Assembly (NCBI GenBank): GCA_024704765.1
Contig: JAKMXF010000222.1
Coordinates: 186,001 to 250,000 of the forward strand
Direction of reading: 5' to 3'
Origin: Oopsacas minuta
Taxonomy: Eukaryota > Animalia > Porifera
Length of the DNA: 64,000 nt
The translations under genes were made by a program, and so were the position numbers. The notes beneath the pieces are model-generated. The model worked only from the letters and a program-made list of their open reading frames with translations, searched no databases and was not told the DNA's origin. This document shows, in pieces, positions 8,815 through 21,200 of this stretch; within the stretch, counting starts at the first letter, position 1, and the number at the start of each line of letters is the position of its first letter.

Positions 8815-11800
8815 CTAGCAGGCGAACTTATCAGCTAGGCACGTTTTTATAGAATTAATTAACTCCTCTTTAACCTCGTGAAATTCCTTAGCTGAAATAA
8901 GTAGCATACTTCTCATCACGCGTCGAGCATCTGTCTTAGAACATAGCACAACAACTTCCGGTATATACTTAATGATTCCGCTAACCATAACAGGGTCACC
9001 AGAGGTTAACGCTTTCAAAATATACGGGATAAACTCTGCACAGCTACTAGGATTCAGTTTAAGATGGCGAATAGATAAGAGTGTAGCTAGCTTTCTACAG
9101 AATTGATCCGGGTGAACTATCAGTGTATGTAGACATGGAGCAAACTCAACTAGGATACTAGCACGGGACATAGATTGATCCTCCAATTCCTGTAACACGT
9201 ATAGGATAGTCTCATTGCTGTTGTGACGTAATAACCGGTTTTTAAACGGGATCAATTGTACAGTTCTTGGAGCAGGCGGTTCTGGGAAAATAAACCCAAA
9301 ATTCCTGTTGTTGATACATAGCATTTTAGGCTTGTTATAACGAATGGAAGTCACGATTTGTTGGATAGATTCAACGCTATGATGGTTAGAAGCTATTCCT
9401 TCTAAATGCTGTCTGTGTTGAATTATAAATTGATAGAATTGCTTGAAATTTGCACTTAAATACGCTAGCAACATTTCACCCATTGATTCTAATAATGAAT
9501 TACAAGATGCAGTACTTTTCTTGTCAGTTGAAAAGGTATTGAAATAACAAGTGAAAATCGCGTTTAGTGACTCACTGTATATATCTTTATAAATGTTAGG
9601 CTGCAAGAGTTTGAGTAAGCTCAATATCTGCGATAAAAGAACTTGATTTTGCCGTATATTATCAGATTGCAACGAAACAGAATTCGAACTTATAAATGAA
9701 GGTAATAGGGGAAGATGACGTAGAAAAAGTGTTTTATGTTTAGTTGCGATTTTTTTCAAAATAAGCACGTATTTTAATTGGGAATTTTGTGTATCATTGG
9801 GGAGGACTAGACGAGATAAAAGTTGGTGTAATCTTGTATCACAAACACTCGGATGCCATAAACTCATGCTTAGGGGTAAAGTGTCAAATAAATCTGATGG
9901 TATTTCCGTTTCCGGCCAGATGAGGTAAAGAAAAAGTGCAAAATGTAACGCTAACAGTTCTTTCTTATTTATCAGGAAGGAAATAGAGTTTTTTTGCTTC
10001 TCTGTCTCATCTTTTAATAGTACAATTAACATTGGGATCCGTTTGTAAAGAGCGTCGAAGAACAATTTACGATATGATTCGCTCGTGTCTAAACTATCCA
10101 GGAATTCAGAAAGAATTACACCCGTTTGACCGGACATAGCCTGGACCGTGTCTTTGAATTCGTTATAAATTCTATTAAGGATATTAAGAATGTTGTCAGT
10201 TACCTCCAATTTATACTGTTTCCTCAACCCAAAACACCATAAAGGCGAAACAACATTGAGGTTTGAGCGTCCTTGCCATAAACGAGCTGCGTTCAAAGAG
10301 CCCCAAAGAAAATCTAAATAAGCAGTGTTGGATGATTGGAAACCGTTTGATAATAACAATTCGGAAACAAACTCCCAAGATAGTTCAGACATAAAGAATG
10401 ACAACATATACGGCAGATAGTATTGGTTAAAAAGTACTGGAGCAAGCTTATGTGACGTGTAATGCGCTGAGAAGCCAATATCCGGATCAAGCAGAGTCAA
10501 ACAGTCGAAATATTTTCCAACAGAAACTCTGAAATAACCAAACTCTGGCGTATCAAGAGACATCACTAAATTCTGTTCAAACTGTTGGTGAAGTAAAGTT
10601 AGAATAAAATTTAATGTTTTTTGCGAATCTCCATGTTGCAGAGTAGATAACAGCACATGCCAGATCAACTTATTAATCTTGTTGTACTCAATCTCTTCAA
10701 GGATATTCAAAACCTTCATTAACTTGTTGAAATCAAAACGTCGAAATTTCTCACTGTCAGCTGTCAAGCAAATAAGTTGGTTTGCTAACTGAATAGTCTT
10801 TTGAGTGTCTCGCGATGCTTTTTGTATAATTTCATTAATGAGTTTGCTTGGGTCTTCTCTTAGCCTTTCTTGTAAAGGATGTGATATGTCAGGGAAATAT
10901 TCGTGGATTAAAGGCACAAGAGAGCCGGTTTGATTCGGATAGTGTGTTATGAAGTGTAAAGTTTCGGTAAATTCACGTGTAGCACCCTGATTAACATGTG
11001 CAATACATAGCAGTTTTATAATCGGACAAGACCAAGTACCTTTCTGGAACAAAGCGTCAAGCACTGATCGACCAGATCGATTTGAAGACACCAGTTTATG
11101 AAGTTTATTCACTACCATGGTGATGGTGGTAAAATTCTGATTCCAATTTGTAGTAGCGTTTTCAAGGATATTTGATGTAATAGATCGTAGTAGTAGTGCT
11201 TGGTTTGAGTTAGATTCATTGACTATACAAGATGTACGAGTATTGAATACCTGAAGTAAATGTTGCTCTAAGGATTTTCCATCCAATTGGTCATATTTTG
11301 ATATCTTCTTTGCTGGGATTTCACCACTAAATGAAGTAATTTGTAAGTCTAGCATGGAACTCGTGTGCGGATAGATGACACTTTGTATTCCCATTGTCTC
11401 TGTTAAAAATCGGTTAAAATGTCTACCCTCTTGATAACCCATATGTTTATAGGAATCTGTGAGATTTCGCAGATAAGGCAGGCTGTTGCCTAGCTCTGGA
11501 TTCTGTAACCCGATTTTTAGCGACTCAACTGAGTGAGAAACCTTCTCGTCAAGAGATCTCAAAATAACCCTAGCACTCTTTCCAGTGAGGCCTTGGAATG
11601 TTAGCAATTTGAGTGTAGTTTCAGTATCAAGCATTTTTACAATAGTTTGAGCCACAGGGTGCCTGGAGGAGTTCAGAAAAGCTAATACATACTCATTGGG
11701 AAGGAAATCTTGTTCTTTGATGAATATTTGAAGTGGAAATGGTTCACAATCTGGAAACCATAAATGAAACATTTCTTCACCGCCGATATTTTCATTTACG

Positions 11801-14800
11801 AGTGAATCATAAGCTAACACCATGAATGTTGTCTTTATAAGGGAATCAGGTAGCTTTATTGATGTTCCATTCAAATGTACAGGAATCCAGTTTATAGTGT
11901 CAAGCTGGTCAAAATGTGTGAAAATATAGTTTGTTGTTTTTAGGATAATATTGTGTAAACAAGCCAGTAGTTGTGTCGAGATTATTAAGTCTTGCATTTG
12001 GAAGCAAGAATTGAAAAATAAATATCGCTCTTGTAGCATATCAACAAGAGATAAGATGAAATTTTCTAGATTTTCTGGTATATATTTGTCGATGAAGGTA
12101 AGTGCAGCAATAATGACGTCATGTTGGAATTCAGACCGACAGCAACTCAATATAATTTGTATAAGATTTGGTCTGAGTATTTCAAACGATGGCAAATTTG
12201 GTATACCATTCAAAAGCCATGAGATATTTGAAGCTTTTTCCGTTTGAGTCTCAAATATAGACTCTAATGCTGTCAAAGTAAGTTGTCTGTCAGAGGTAAG
12301 AGTCTGTTTGGGTGGAATTAATCGCGATAGGAAATAGCTTAACACAGTTAAACTCGTCTCACATTGATCTGGTGGAAGGTATAATACGTTACGTAAACGT
12401 TCTGTGATCGTTTTCTGACGTCGTTCGAATTTCTCAGCTAATTTGTGCTTTTTCACAGCTTTCATAGACATTTGCTCGTCTAACCCCGATATATACAATT
12501 CGCATAACGAAATTATGGGAAGCGCATTCACCGAATATTCTCCGTCAGTTTCCAATACATCTGACAGCCATTTAAGCGACCCAGCGCTTCCTTGACGTTC
12601 AATAAGTTCCAGCAAAAAATCTGGCTCTCGACATTGGAAAATTTGTTTAGCTAATCCAAAGCTATTATTCAGTTCAGTTATATGATCGACAATACTCACA
12701 GCTGGTCTACGTGGTTCACCATGAATGTCATATATCATTAAGTTCAACTGCGGTTCATCGTCAGTGAACCTTCTCGCGGAAAATTTGATCGTTTCTTCCT
12801 CCTCTTTCTTTCCTAAAATACTCTCTCTAGACAGTACACCCATTTCAGTAGCATGCTTAAAACCTAAAGTAGTAGGGTATTTGTATTCACCAGTCAGACA
12901 CATCTCTATAAGCATACTTAAAGTTGGGTAGTTCTTAACTGCTTCGCTACCTAGAACTTGTAAATTACAAATCGATAGAATCAATAGCAGTACCCAACTT
13001 CGCCAATAATATTCTGTGTAGCAATATACGAAGTTTTCTGTATCTTTTGAGTCAGTATGTGTTTCACCGTTCAACAGACTTAGCCGAAGAATATTTTCAA
13101 AAATATCTGGATTCGTGCAAACGAGATTGTAATGGGAATTGAGACTGTTATAAAAGATCTTTTCTAGAAGAGAAATGATAGTTGGAGATGTAACATGGAT
13201 ATTTTCCTTATAAGGGAATGAACATATGGTTATTAGAGAATTTTCTAGAATCGTTCCTTGGTGGAGCATTTTCTGCAAAGTGCTACGCTCGTTTTCATTC
13301 GGCCATTCTTCTTTGCTCCAATCCGCTTCAAATAATACTAATCTCCTTATAAGTACATTATAGAATTGTTCAGTAGTAGTAGTAGCAGGAAGTATTGTAG
13401 ATACGACGTTGATGAGCCACGAAATTGCATGCATTTGGACTATGGATAAGTAGCTGTTCATATCTTTCATGTTGTGTGCGGCTTTCTTAGAAGCTTCGTG
13501 TGAAAGAGACAAAGTATCGCGATTTAGAAAATGCGCATTGTTGACAGAAACCCATATAACAAGATCCGCGATTATGTAAACATATTTCAACTTGAAAGTT
13601 GTCTCCATTCTGCGAAATTTCTCTTGATTTCTTTCTTGTAACAAACAACTTGCTAGTATTTGAAAATTCAAATCCTGCTTTACCTGCCGAACTAATTCAT
13701 GAATCAATTGCTTTAGCGGTTTCAGCATTTCATCTTGTTCAAGTAACAACTCTTGACAAATTAAAGCTAATTTTCTAGCACATTCATCTGTGTAATTTTT
13801 AAACATCATTTGCAGAAGAGGAATATTTGTACTTTGATTCTTCCTGGAGCTCAATTCGTTGAGCAAGATCTGTTTGAAACATAGCGCTAAGTTCTCTTTC
13901 GTTCTGACAAGAATCTGCATAGCTGCTATGTATGGTGGGTTGGATAACTTCGTTTTTAGACGCATTGTAACTAGAGTTGTTATAGTCTCTGTGTCTTCTG
14001 GTGCCTCGCATACAGATACAATCGTATTGAGTAGGTCTATCAGACCTTTTGATATTTTCACTCCATTTAGCCAAACCTCAAACTGCTTCGAAATAGACAG
14101 TCGTAGCTCTGGATAACAACTAGCTATCCTCAGAAACATGTTTAGAGATTTAGGTACGCTAACCAATTGTCGTTTCTGTAATGCATCATTCACAACTGTC
14201 ATAACATATTTCTTTATGGAAGATTGAGAGGTATGAGTGAATCTGAGCTTTATTTCACAACCGGGGAACAAGAATTCCGAATTAGGCTGACTAGAAAGGC
14301 TCTGTTCTTGCTCTTCGATTTCGTTTCGTATCAGGGCAGAGTTGTGTCCGAAACCTGTCAAAATGTTTAGTACAAACTTACGACAAGAAGGCAAATCAAC
14401 CCATACTCTATCCCCCATAGCATCATCTATATAATAATGTGCTATCACCTCTGGCCAATCCTGTGATTGAGCTAAGATCTCCAAAATGAGATTCGCGATG
14501 AAAATATGTAAAGTAGGTGATTGCTTTTTGAATGGTTCTTTCTTCAAAAAGCTTAGAATAGTTTCAAATACTTTTGGTGAAGATAGAGTTTGTGGTTTGT
14601 CTTTAGCAATGTACATAAATGAAGTAAGGAGAGTCGTGTCTGGTTTTGTTTTAGAGAACTTCAGCGTTCTGAGTCCGTTCATCAGAATATTATCTCGTCG
14701 AGTATCTGAATCAGCTAGATTGACTTCTTTAAGAAATTCGTGTGCAGAGGTTTCATTGCCGAGGAGACTGGAGTAAGTTGGGTTCAGGATTTTGGGAGTT

Positions 14801-14943
14801 GTAATAACAGGTTCTGCTTCCTCGGGTTTCATGTCAGATTTTAGGGTTGGAGGTTTAGCCCCGAGCTTGAAAAGCTCAGAGGTAAGTGGTTTCTGGTGTT
14901 TACCTCTACGCATGCCTGGTACTTTTTTTTCTGTCTGCTCCAT
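8815..14943 (-). CDS. INTS1: Integrator complex subunit 1, intronless
   Basis: LFKLGAK N-terminus, DWPE..DDAMGDRVWVD motif, FEVWL, long HEAT-like body of 2042 aa. Confidence 0.88.
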   Translation of the reverse strand: MEQTEKKVPGMRRGKHQKPLTSELFKLGAKPPTLKSDMKPEEAEPVITTPKILNPTYSSLLGNETSAHEFLKEVNLADSDTRRDNILMNGLRTLKFSKTKPDTTLLTSFMYIAKDKPQTLSSPKVFETILSFLKKEPFKKQSPTLHIFIANLILEILAQSQDWPEVIAHYYIDDAMGDRVWVDLPSCRKFVLNILTGFGHNSALIRNEIEEQEQSLSSQPNSEFLFPGCEIKLRFTHTSQSSIKKYVMTVVNDALQKRQLVSVPKSLNMFLRIASCYPELRLSISKQFEVWLNGVKISKGLIDLLNTIVSVCEAPEDTETITTLVTMRLKTKLSNPPYIAAMQILVRTKENLALCFKQILLNELSSRKNQSTNIPLLQMMFKNYTDECARKLALICQELLLEQDEMLKPLKQLIHELVRQVKQDLNFQILASCLLQERNQEKFRRMETTFKLKYVYIIADLVIWVSVNNAHFLNRDTLSLSHEASKKAAHNMKDMNSYLSIVQMHAISWLINVVSTILPATTTTEQFYNVLIRRLVLFEADWSKEEWPNENERSTLQKMLHQGTILENSLITICSFPYKENIHVTSPTIISLLEKIFYNSLNSHYNLVCTNPDIFENILRLSLLNGETHTDSKDTENFVYCYTEYYWRSWVLLLILSICNLQVLGSEAVKNYPTLSMLIEMCLTGEYKYPTTLGFKHATEMGVLSRESILGKKEEEETIKFSARRFTDDEPQLNLMIYDIHGEPRRPAVSIVDHITELNNSFGLAKQIFQCREPDFLLELIERQGSAGSLKWLSDVLETDGEYSVNALPIISLCELYISGLDEQMSMKAVKKHKLAEKFERRQKTITERLRNVLYLPPDQCETSLTVLSYFLSRLIPPKQTLTSDRQLTLTALESIFETQTEKASNISWLLNGIPNLPSFEILRPNLIQIILSCCRSEFQHDVIIAALTFIDKYIPENLENFILSLVDMLQERYLFFNSCFQMQDLIISTQLLACLHNIILKTTNYIFTHFDQLDTINWIPVHLNGTSIKLPDSLIKTTFMVLAYDSLVNENIGGEEMFHLWFPDCEPFPLQIFIKEQDFLPNEYVLAFLNSSRHPVAQTIVKMLDTETTLKLLTFQGLTGKSARVILRSLDEKVSHSVESLKIGLQNPELGNSLPYLRNLTDSYKHMGYQEGRHFNRFLTETMGIQSVIYPHTSSMLDLQITSFSGEIPAKKISKYDQLDGKSLEQHLLQVFNTRTSCIVNESNSNQALLLRSITSNILENATTNWNQNFTTITMVVNKLHKLVSSNRSGRSVLDALFQKGTWSCPIIKLLCIAHVNQGATREFTETLHFITHYPNQTGSLVPLIHEYFPDISHPLQERLREDPSKLINEIIQKASRDTQKTIQLANQLICLTADSEKFRRFDFNKLMKVLNILEEIEYNKINKLIWHVLLSTLQHGDSQKTLNFILTLLHQQFEQNLVMSLDTPEFGYFRVSVGKYFDCLTLLDPDIGFSAHYTSHKLAPVLFNQYYLPYMLSFFMSELSWEFVSELLLSNGFQSSNTAYLDFLWGSLNAARLWQGRSNLNVVSPLWCFGLRKQYKLEVTDNILNILNRIYNEFKDTVQAMSGQTGVILSEFLDSLDTSESYRKLFFDALYKRIPMLIVLLKDETEKQKNSISFLINKKELLALHFALFLYLIWPETEIPSDLFDTLPLSMSLWHPSVCDTRLHQLLSRLVLPNDTQNSQLKYVLILKKIATKHKTLFLRHLPLLPSFISSNSVSLQSDNIRQNQVLLSQILSLLKLLQPNIYKDIYSESLNAIFTCYFNTFSTDKKSTASCNSLLESMGEMLLAYLSANFKQFYQFIIQHRQHLEGIASNHHSVESIQQIVTSIRYNKPKMLCINNRNFGFIFPEPPAPRTVQLIPFKNRLLRHNSNETILYVLQELEDQSMSRASILVEFAPCLHTLIVHPDQFCRKLATLLSIRHLKLNPSSCAEFIPYILKALTSGDPVMVSGIIKYIPEVVVLCSKTDARRVMRSMLLISAKEFHEVKEELINSIKTCLADKFAC

Positions 14944-15454
14944 CCTAATGAATTTCCTAATATAGTTTTGTTCAAAGATAGTTATCAGATAAATTCATGG
15001 GTGACCAAGAAATATACAACTTATACTCAATTATGCGTAAAACATTGAATGAGTAAAGCCATAGTTTTTAGGAAATCTATGGCAAAATGACCCATAAGAG
15101 AAATGAAAGTGAACCAGTGCAGAATATAATTAGATGTGGGTTGATAATATTTAAGAATATTTGTTAATGCGTAGCAGTTTATGATTGTCATCCACTTAGA
15201 ATCTGGGAATCCCTAATAATTTCCCCATTAGTTATAATGATGCTAGTTCGGAGAAATCAATCTGATATCCGCAAATGACTTGATTATTTTGGGGCAACAA
15301 ATATTTTGCGAGTAGACAATTTTCACATGCAGTTTTCCGAATGTTTGGTAGCCTTAGTCATAATTTTTTTGGGGCAAGGCTTCATTCTAAATATCTAGAA
15401 AACTTGATTATGCTATTATTATGGGCGTGTTAGTTATCTTATTCTAGTTATAGC

Positions 15455-16342
15455 ATGTCTAGTTGGACAATAGGAACAAGATGTGCTTCTCAACAGAGAG
15501 CACGTAGTGTAATTCCACATGACCCAGGGTTCGAAATATTACCAAATAACCCTCTTTCACCACACGGCTCAATGAGCTCTCGCGTAGACTACTTCCCAGC
15601 TGGGAGAGTCCGTCCTGAGGCGAGAGAAATCGCGAGTCACCACCACTCGGGCACAGTAGGTGTATTATTCCAAGCTGAACCGAGACAATTTGTACCAAGG
15701 AAACCTGCAAAAAAGGATTATTTCAAACAGAATTATCGTCGTGTTCGCGAAATAGAACGCTTCACTCAATCACGTTTAGAACCCCCTATAGAGAAACAAC
15801 AGCCAGTCATCAAATCTGCGCTCAAATATCGCGAAACCCCTTCTAGATTAGGCGCCGTAACGCGGCCATCATCAACTTCAACTGCCCGACCACTTACTCC
15901 CTCTCAGAAGAACTATATTTCCCTCAATAACAAACAAGCAGCTGATTTCCGCTTAAAACGTCCACCAAGCGCAGAAAAAATTCGCGCAGTGGAGGAAAAA
16001 CTAGATCAAAACCTAAGAGCCTATAAACGAGGCTCTATCCCTTCCTACCTAAGGAAGAGACAGGAAGAATGGCACCAACATGAAGTAGAACGTATTTCTA
16101 AAATCCCAGATCCTGAATGTCCACCAGGTCACGTGGCAATGGCTGAAACCGAGCGAATGGAAACAATGAATTTACTAACTAAAAGTAAAAACGAGCTATT
16201 AGAAGACCTAAAATCTATGCCAATGTGTACGGATACACTGAAGGGAATGCAAAAGAAATCCTTACTTGAGAATAAACTAGCTGAGATAGATGATGCAATA
16301 AAAATATTCTCACGGAGGAAAGTGTATGTCAAACAAGACTGA
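15455..16342 (+). CDS. ENKD1: Enkurin domain-containing protein
   Basis: GSIPSYL...PDPECPPGH...ERMETM...LENKLAEIDDAIKIFSRRKVYV enkurin C-terminal domain. Confidence 0.85.
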   Translation: MSSWTIGTRCASQQRARSVIPHDPGFEILPNNPLSPHGSMSSRVDYFPAGRVRPEAREIASHHHSGTVGVLFQAEPRQFVPRKPAKKDYFKQNYRRVREIERFTQSRLEPPIEKQQPVIKSALKYRETPSRLGAVTRPSSTSTARPLTPSQKNYISLNNKQAADFRLKRPPSAEKIRAVEEKLDQNLRAYKRGSIPSYLRKRQEEWHQHEVERISKIPDPECPPGHVAMAETERMETMNLLTKSKNELLEDLKSMPMCTDTLKGMQKKSLLENKLAEIDDAIKIFSRRKVYVKQD

Positions 16343-16501
16343 TACAAACTTGTATCAGCTTTTGCTGCCTTTATGACATCATCTTGCTATTTTTACTATT
16401 GACGAGCTGTGTGTACAACATTTACTATCTGAAACAAATTAATCATCTGCAATTAACATTTATATATTCAATAAGGGGGAATTTACAATTCCGTATTATT
16501 A

Positions 16502-16685
16502 CAGTCAACTCCAGTTATATCAAATTTCAAGGGACTGCGATAATTTATTCGATATAAGCAGAGTTCAATATAACCGATTGGGTGTATGTTAGTTTGACGG
16601 TTAGGGACCATATTTGTACAATTTCAGACTTTTATAAAAGCGGGTATTTCCATATTTCCGTGTTTGATATAACAGGAGTTGACTG
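16502..16685. mobile_element. MITE family A copy 2
   Basis: TA-CAGTCAACTCCAGTTATATC ... GATATAACAGGAGTTGACTG; internal sequence similar to copy 1. Lies 91 bp upstream of the enolase ATG. Confidence 0.85.
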
Positions 16686-16776
16686 GATTTGTTGCTGAAT
16701 AGTATTCCAGATAAATATACGATAGTATTACAATGATTTTGTAATTACGTATTAGAAAGATATAAGAATACTTCTA

Positions 16777-18087
16777 ATGTCGGTTACATCATTATACGCT
16801 CGTGAGATAATCGATTCTCGTGGCAATCCAACAGTAGAAGTAGACCTCAAGACGTCTGCTGGCCTCTTTAGAGCAGCAGTCCCTTCCGGCGCTAGTACAG
16901 GAATCTATGAAGCGCTTGAGCTGCGTGACAAAGACCCCAAACGGTTTCTAGGCAAAGGTGTACTAAAAGCGATATCAAATATCAATGACATAATTGCGCC
17001 AGCTCTTGTAGCACAAAGCCTTGATCTTACAGATCAAACTGCAGTAGATAAATTCCTAATTGACTTAGATGGAACTGAAAATAAAACCAAATTGGGCGCC
17101 AATGCGATATTAGGCGTATCTTTGGCGGTTTGCAAAGCTGGAGCTGCTATAAAAGGAAAACAATTGTATGCTCATATTGCAGATTTAGCTGGGCGTCCTA
17201 CTGATAAATTTGTTCTGCCCTGTCCTGCGTTTAATGTCATCAATGGAGGCACACATGCTGGGAACAAACTGGCCATGCAGGAGTTCATGATATTACCGAT
17301 TGGAGCTGATAATTTCCGCGATGCATTGCGAATTGGTTGCGAGGTTTACCAGGTGTTGAAAAAGGCGATCAAAGATAAATACGGACAAGACGCAGTTAAT
17401 GTAGGTGATGAAGGTGGTTTCGCGCCTAACATTCAAGATAACACGGAAGGTTTGGAGCTGTTGAAAGTCGCGATTGAGAAGGCAGGCTATACAGATAAGA
17501 TTGTAATCGGTATGGATGTAGCTGCTTCTGAATTCTGTAAGGATGGGAAATACGATCTCAATTTCAAAGATAAAAACTCTGATCCCTCGAAATACTTGTC
17601 AAGCGCCCAGCTAGGGGATCTCTACAAGACTTTCATCAAGGATTACCCTGTTGTATCTATTGAAGATGCATTTGATCAAGACGATTGGGAGGCTTGGTCT
17701 GCACTCACAACTTCAGTGGACCAACAAATCGTAGGAGATGACTTGACAGTTACCAATTCTATACGCATACAAACTGCCATTGAGAAAAAGGCCTGTAATT
17801 GCCTTCTGCTAAAAGTTAACCAGATTGGTACAGTGACTGAGGCCATAAAGAGCTGTAAGCTCGCGCAGGACAACGGTTGGGGTGTAATGGTATCTCATCG
17901 TAGCGGAGAAACTGAGGATACCTTTATTGCAGATCTTGTTGTCGGTCTTAGAACCGGACAAATCAAGACCGGCGCACCGTGTCGTTCAGAGAGAACCGCA
18001 AAGTATAACCAACTTCTCAGGATCGAAGAGGAGTTGGGAGATAGAGCTATTTTTGCTGGTAAGAAATTCCGTAATCCTCTTCTATAA
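16777..18087 (+). CDS. ENO: Enolase
   Basis: [54 protein letters not shown]. Confidence 0.99.
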   Translation: MSVTSLYAREIIDSRGNPTVEVDLKTSAGLFRAAVPSGASTGIYEALELRDKDPKRFLGKGVLKAISNINDIIAPALVAQSLDLTDQTAVDKFLIDLDGTENKTKLGANAILGVSLAVCKAGAAIKGKQLYAHIADLAGRPTDKFVLPCPAFNVINGGTHAGNKLAMQEFMILPIGADNFRDALRIGCEVYQVLKKAIKDKYGQDAVNVGDEGGFAPNIQDNTEGLELLKVAIEKAGYTDKIVIGMDVAASEFCKDGKYDLNFKDKNSDPSKYLSSAQLGDLYKTFIKDYPVVSIEDAFDQDDWEAWSALTTSVDQQIVGDDLTVTNSIRIQTAIEKKACNCLLLKVNQIGTVTEAIKSCKLAQDNGWGVMVSHRSGETEDTFIADLVVGLRTGQIKTGAPCRSERTAKYNQLLRIEEELGDRAIFAGKKFRNPLL

Positions 18088-18278
18088 GAAATTTATTCCC
18101 TTAGGCTTTGGCTAATTAGAGGAACTTCTAATTTCGGTATGTTAGGTATATATAATAGCATTGTGTGTGATTCGATTTATTCCTTAATCATTCTATTACG
18201 GTGAAATTTCATTTTTTCATCTCATTATTTATAAGTTAATTGTAATTGCATCTTTGCCATACAGTTAGATAATTATTA

Positions 18279-21200
18279 ATGAGTTCAGGATCTACAGAAA
18301 CATCTGAGCTACCTATAGAGCCAGTTTCCAAGCCTGTTGCCAAAACAATTTCAGAAATATCAGAATTCCTGACCCGATTTTCATCTTCAAAACGAGCTAA
18401 TGTATTCTACTGTAACATACAAAATGTTATTATGGATGCTCAGTATATTTTGTTGGATGGAGATTCGCTTCTGGTAGGTTTTATTTTATATTTATTTATT
18501 GTTGCCGTATTTTATAAATATCTCATTTCTAGATCGATTTTTTTGAATCTCCATACCTAGATTGGGAGCATGGAGGTCAGTTATTATCTCTAGTCTACCA
18601 AGTAGAACGATTCATTCATATTCTAAGTAAACACACGAAGTCTGTCCTGTGTATTACATTCTTCAAATGCATGCGTTCTATTTGGCTATCTGACCCTACG
18701 AAAATGCTTGCTAGAGAGTTGATTATAACTCATCTCAAGAATAATACAGACTTAACTCTACTCGATCAGTACAATTCATGGCTTGATCCTAAATTCAAAA
18801 AGTATACTTCTATCTACTACCCATATATAGCGTTTATAACTGATAAACATTATTCCACATTGAAGAACACAAGAAAGGGAGATATTTTGTTGTTATTCGA
18901 GTACCATTTGTTGTGTCAACACACGAATTGCGTATACATTGAAAGCGTTGTTGAGAATTTGATGCGATTATTCTGTTATATCGTAATAGACGTTGGTTTG
19001 GATAATCATTACGAGCCGTCTAATGCTGAAATAATAGTCCATCTTGAATGTTCATTCATTTCTCTCATTAGTGATGCATCTTACCAAGGATTTAGCGCAA
19101 ACTTGATTGAGATAGAAAAGTTGCTTTTCAAAGATTTCCAAGCATTTCCTAAATCAGAAAATCAGAATTGTAGAGATATCTTACTAATCCCAGCACTCAG
19201 GTACTTCCTACAATCTTCTGCCGATTCTGAACAAAAACTATTGATTTTATTCTATGTCAAAGTATTCATTATTCATCTCGAAATTTTGAAAAATTTCGAC
19301 ATTCAATCTCGAAATATATATCTTCCTGATGAGATAAATACTAATACTGATGATACACTGTCAAAACTCGCTATTATTCATTCTAATTTCTGCTTTGCAT
19401 TGCTCCTAATGCATCATGTAGCATACGGAAATGATTACCAATTTAATACTGAAGCTCCTCTCGGTAGTTTGCAACATCCTCTTTTCGCGTGTCAGTTGCC
19501 TGGAGATAGGACAGATATTTCTTCAAGTGTAAATTACCAACTTATTTGTGACCTATTCGATGGTAGGCTAATTACATACATTAGTGTATGTCTATTACAG
19601 AATATGAAGACAGTTAAGTCTCTTGATAGCTCAGGAATTGGCCTTGAAGTTGGTATCACTGATTCTATCTCAGTTTTCTGGAATAAACTACAACTAGATC
19701 CAGCTACAGAATTCTTTCCAATCGATTCTCCATGCACTGTGTCGTTCAAATATAACCTAATTACACTTCCTGGCCACTTTTCAATACCAAATGTTGAGAT
19801 TCCACTACACAACACTCGACTAGTCCATAAATTATCTGGTAATCTTAAGGAAGCGATGCAAGCCGAAAATGTGATAACCCAAGGGAATATTCGGTTCAAT
19901 GCGATATTTGTGGATTTCAAACGACATACGCTTAGTTCAGATAAATTTTTCCCATTATTAGGCAATATGCAGTCCAGATTAGGGTCTAAGGGTCTTAGAG
20001 AAGACGAAGAAGAACTCTCTAGAAAGAAGAGATTGAAAAGGTTACAGCAATATCATAAATTCATGACTTTCTATTCATCATCATTGAGCGGTGGTCTTGG
20101 TTGGAAGGAACCAATTATTGTTGAGAAAGTCCACGAAAAAGTTGTGGCGAAACAGAAAAGAGACAAAGCAAAGGCAGTTAAAGCGAAAATTATCTACGAA
20201 AAGCAACCCAGACAGAAATCACAAGCTCACAATAAAAAGGCAGCATCAATGAAAGATACAATAATTAAACAGAATATGGAGAAGCGAATTAATGAAATTG
20301 ATTCAAAGTATAATGAAGAATGGTCACGTTTGAAAGAGTCTCTAAAATCATCACTAGTAACTGATGGTCACATTCGACTTCTAGATGCGTTCATTATATC
20401 TTGTTCTTCAAGATCATATAGGTTGGAGGCACAATTACGAAAACTCCAATATTTGGTTATAATCTATCGAGAATGTAAAGACAAGGTAATCAATGTATGT
20501 AATATACTGCAGTTAGTTAATCATATCATAGACCAGAATTCTGGTGAAGAAGAGAAGGATTTTTCTAACAAGGCAAGGAAATGGGTAGTAACCGCCATTT
20601 TAGAGTTGGGATTCAACTTATACGCGAGTTTAGTTGCTTCGGAAATCAGCTATGATATCAATAATCTTATAGACCCCTCAGAAAACCATACAGATGAAGG
20701 AATACAAGAATTAACATGCATTGAGTTTCAATTGAAATACATGGGACATCTTATGCCAAGAGATGTAGGTAAGGAAAGAGATGATCGTGTCTCAAATTTC
20801 ATCCCTGACGACTGGCAGGTAAAGCTGTTAGATGCAGTTGACCGTAGAGAATCTGCTGTAATACATGCTCCAACTTCTTCAGGTAAGACGTTCATATCCT
20901 ACTACAATATGCTCAAGACGTTAAGAACTAATGACGAAGATTTAGTTGTATATGTATCACCGAGCAAAGAATTGATGAACCAGGTTGCAGCGTCCAATTA
21001 CGCGCAATTTGGGCATAAAACATACCAAAATCTCTCAATGACCTTATATGGCATACTCGCTCAAGGCTATGAAATGAAACCATTCCATAACCAAATCCTG
21101 ATCACATTACCAGAGCCATTCGAGTATTTATTACTGAGTACTGACCGTGAATGTATGGAGCTTGTGAAACGTATAAAATATGTTATTCTAGATGAAGTAC

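Noticed and set aside
5526-14776. Short ORFs overlapping RIC1 and INTS1 (e.g. 5526-5792, 11951-12247, 13799-14074, 14486-14776) and similar ORFs within other genes
   Set aside because: Antisense or alternate-frame shadows of long conserved CDSs with no recognisable motifs.
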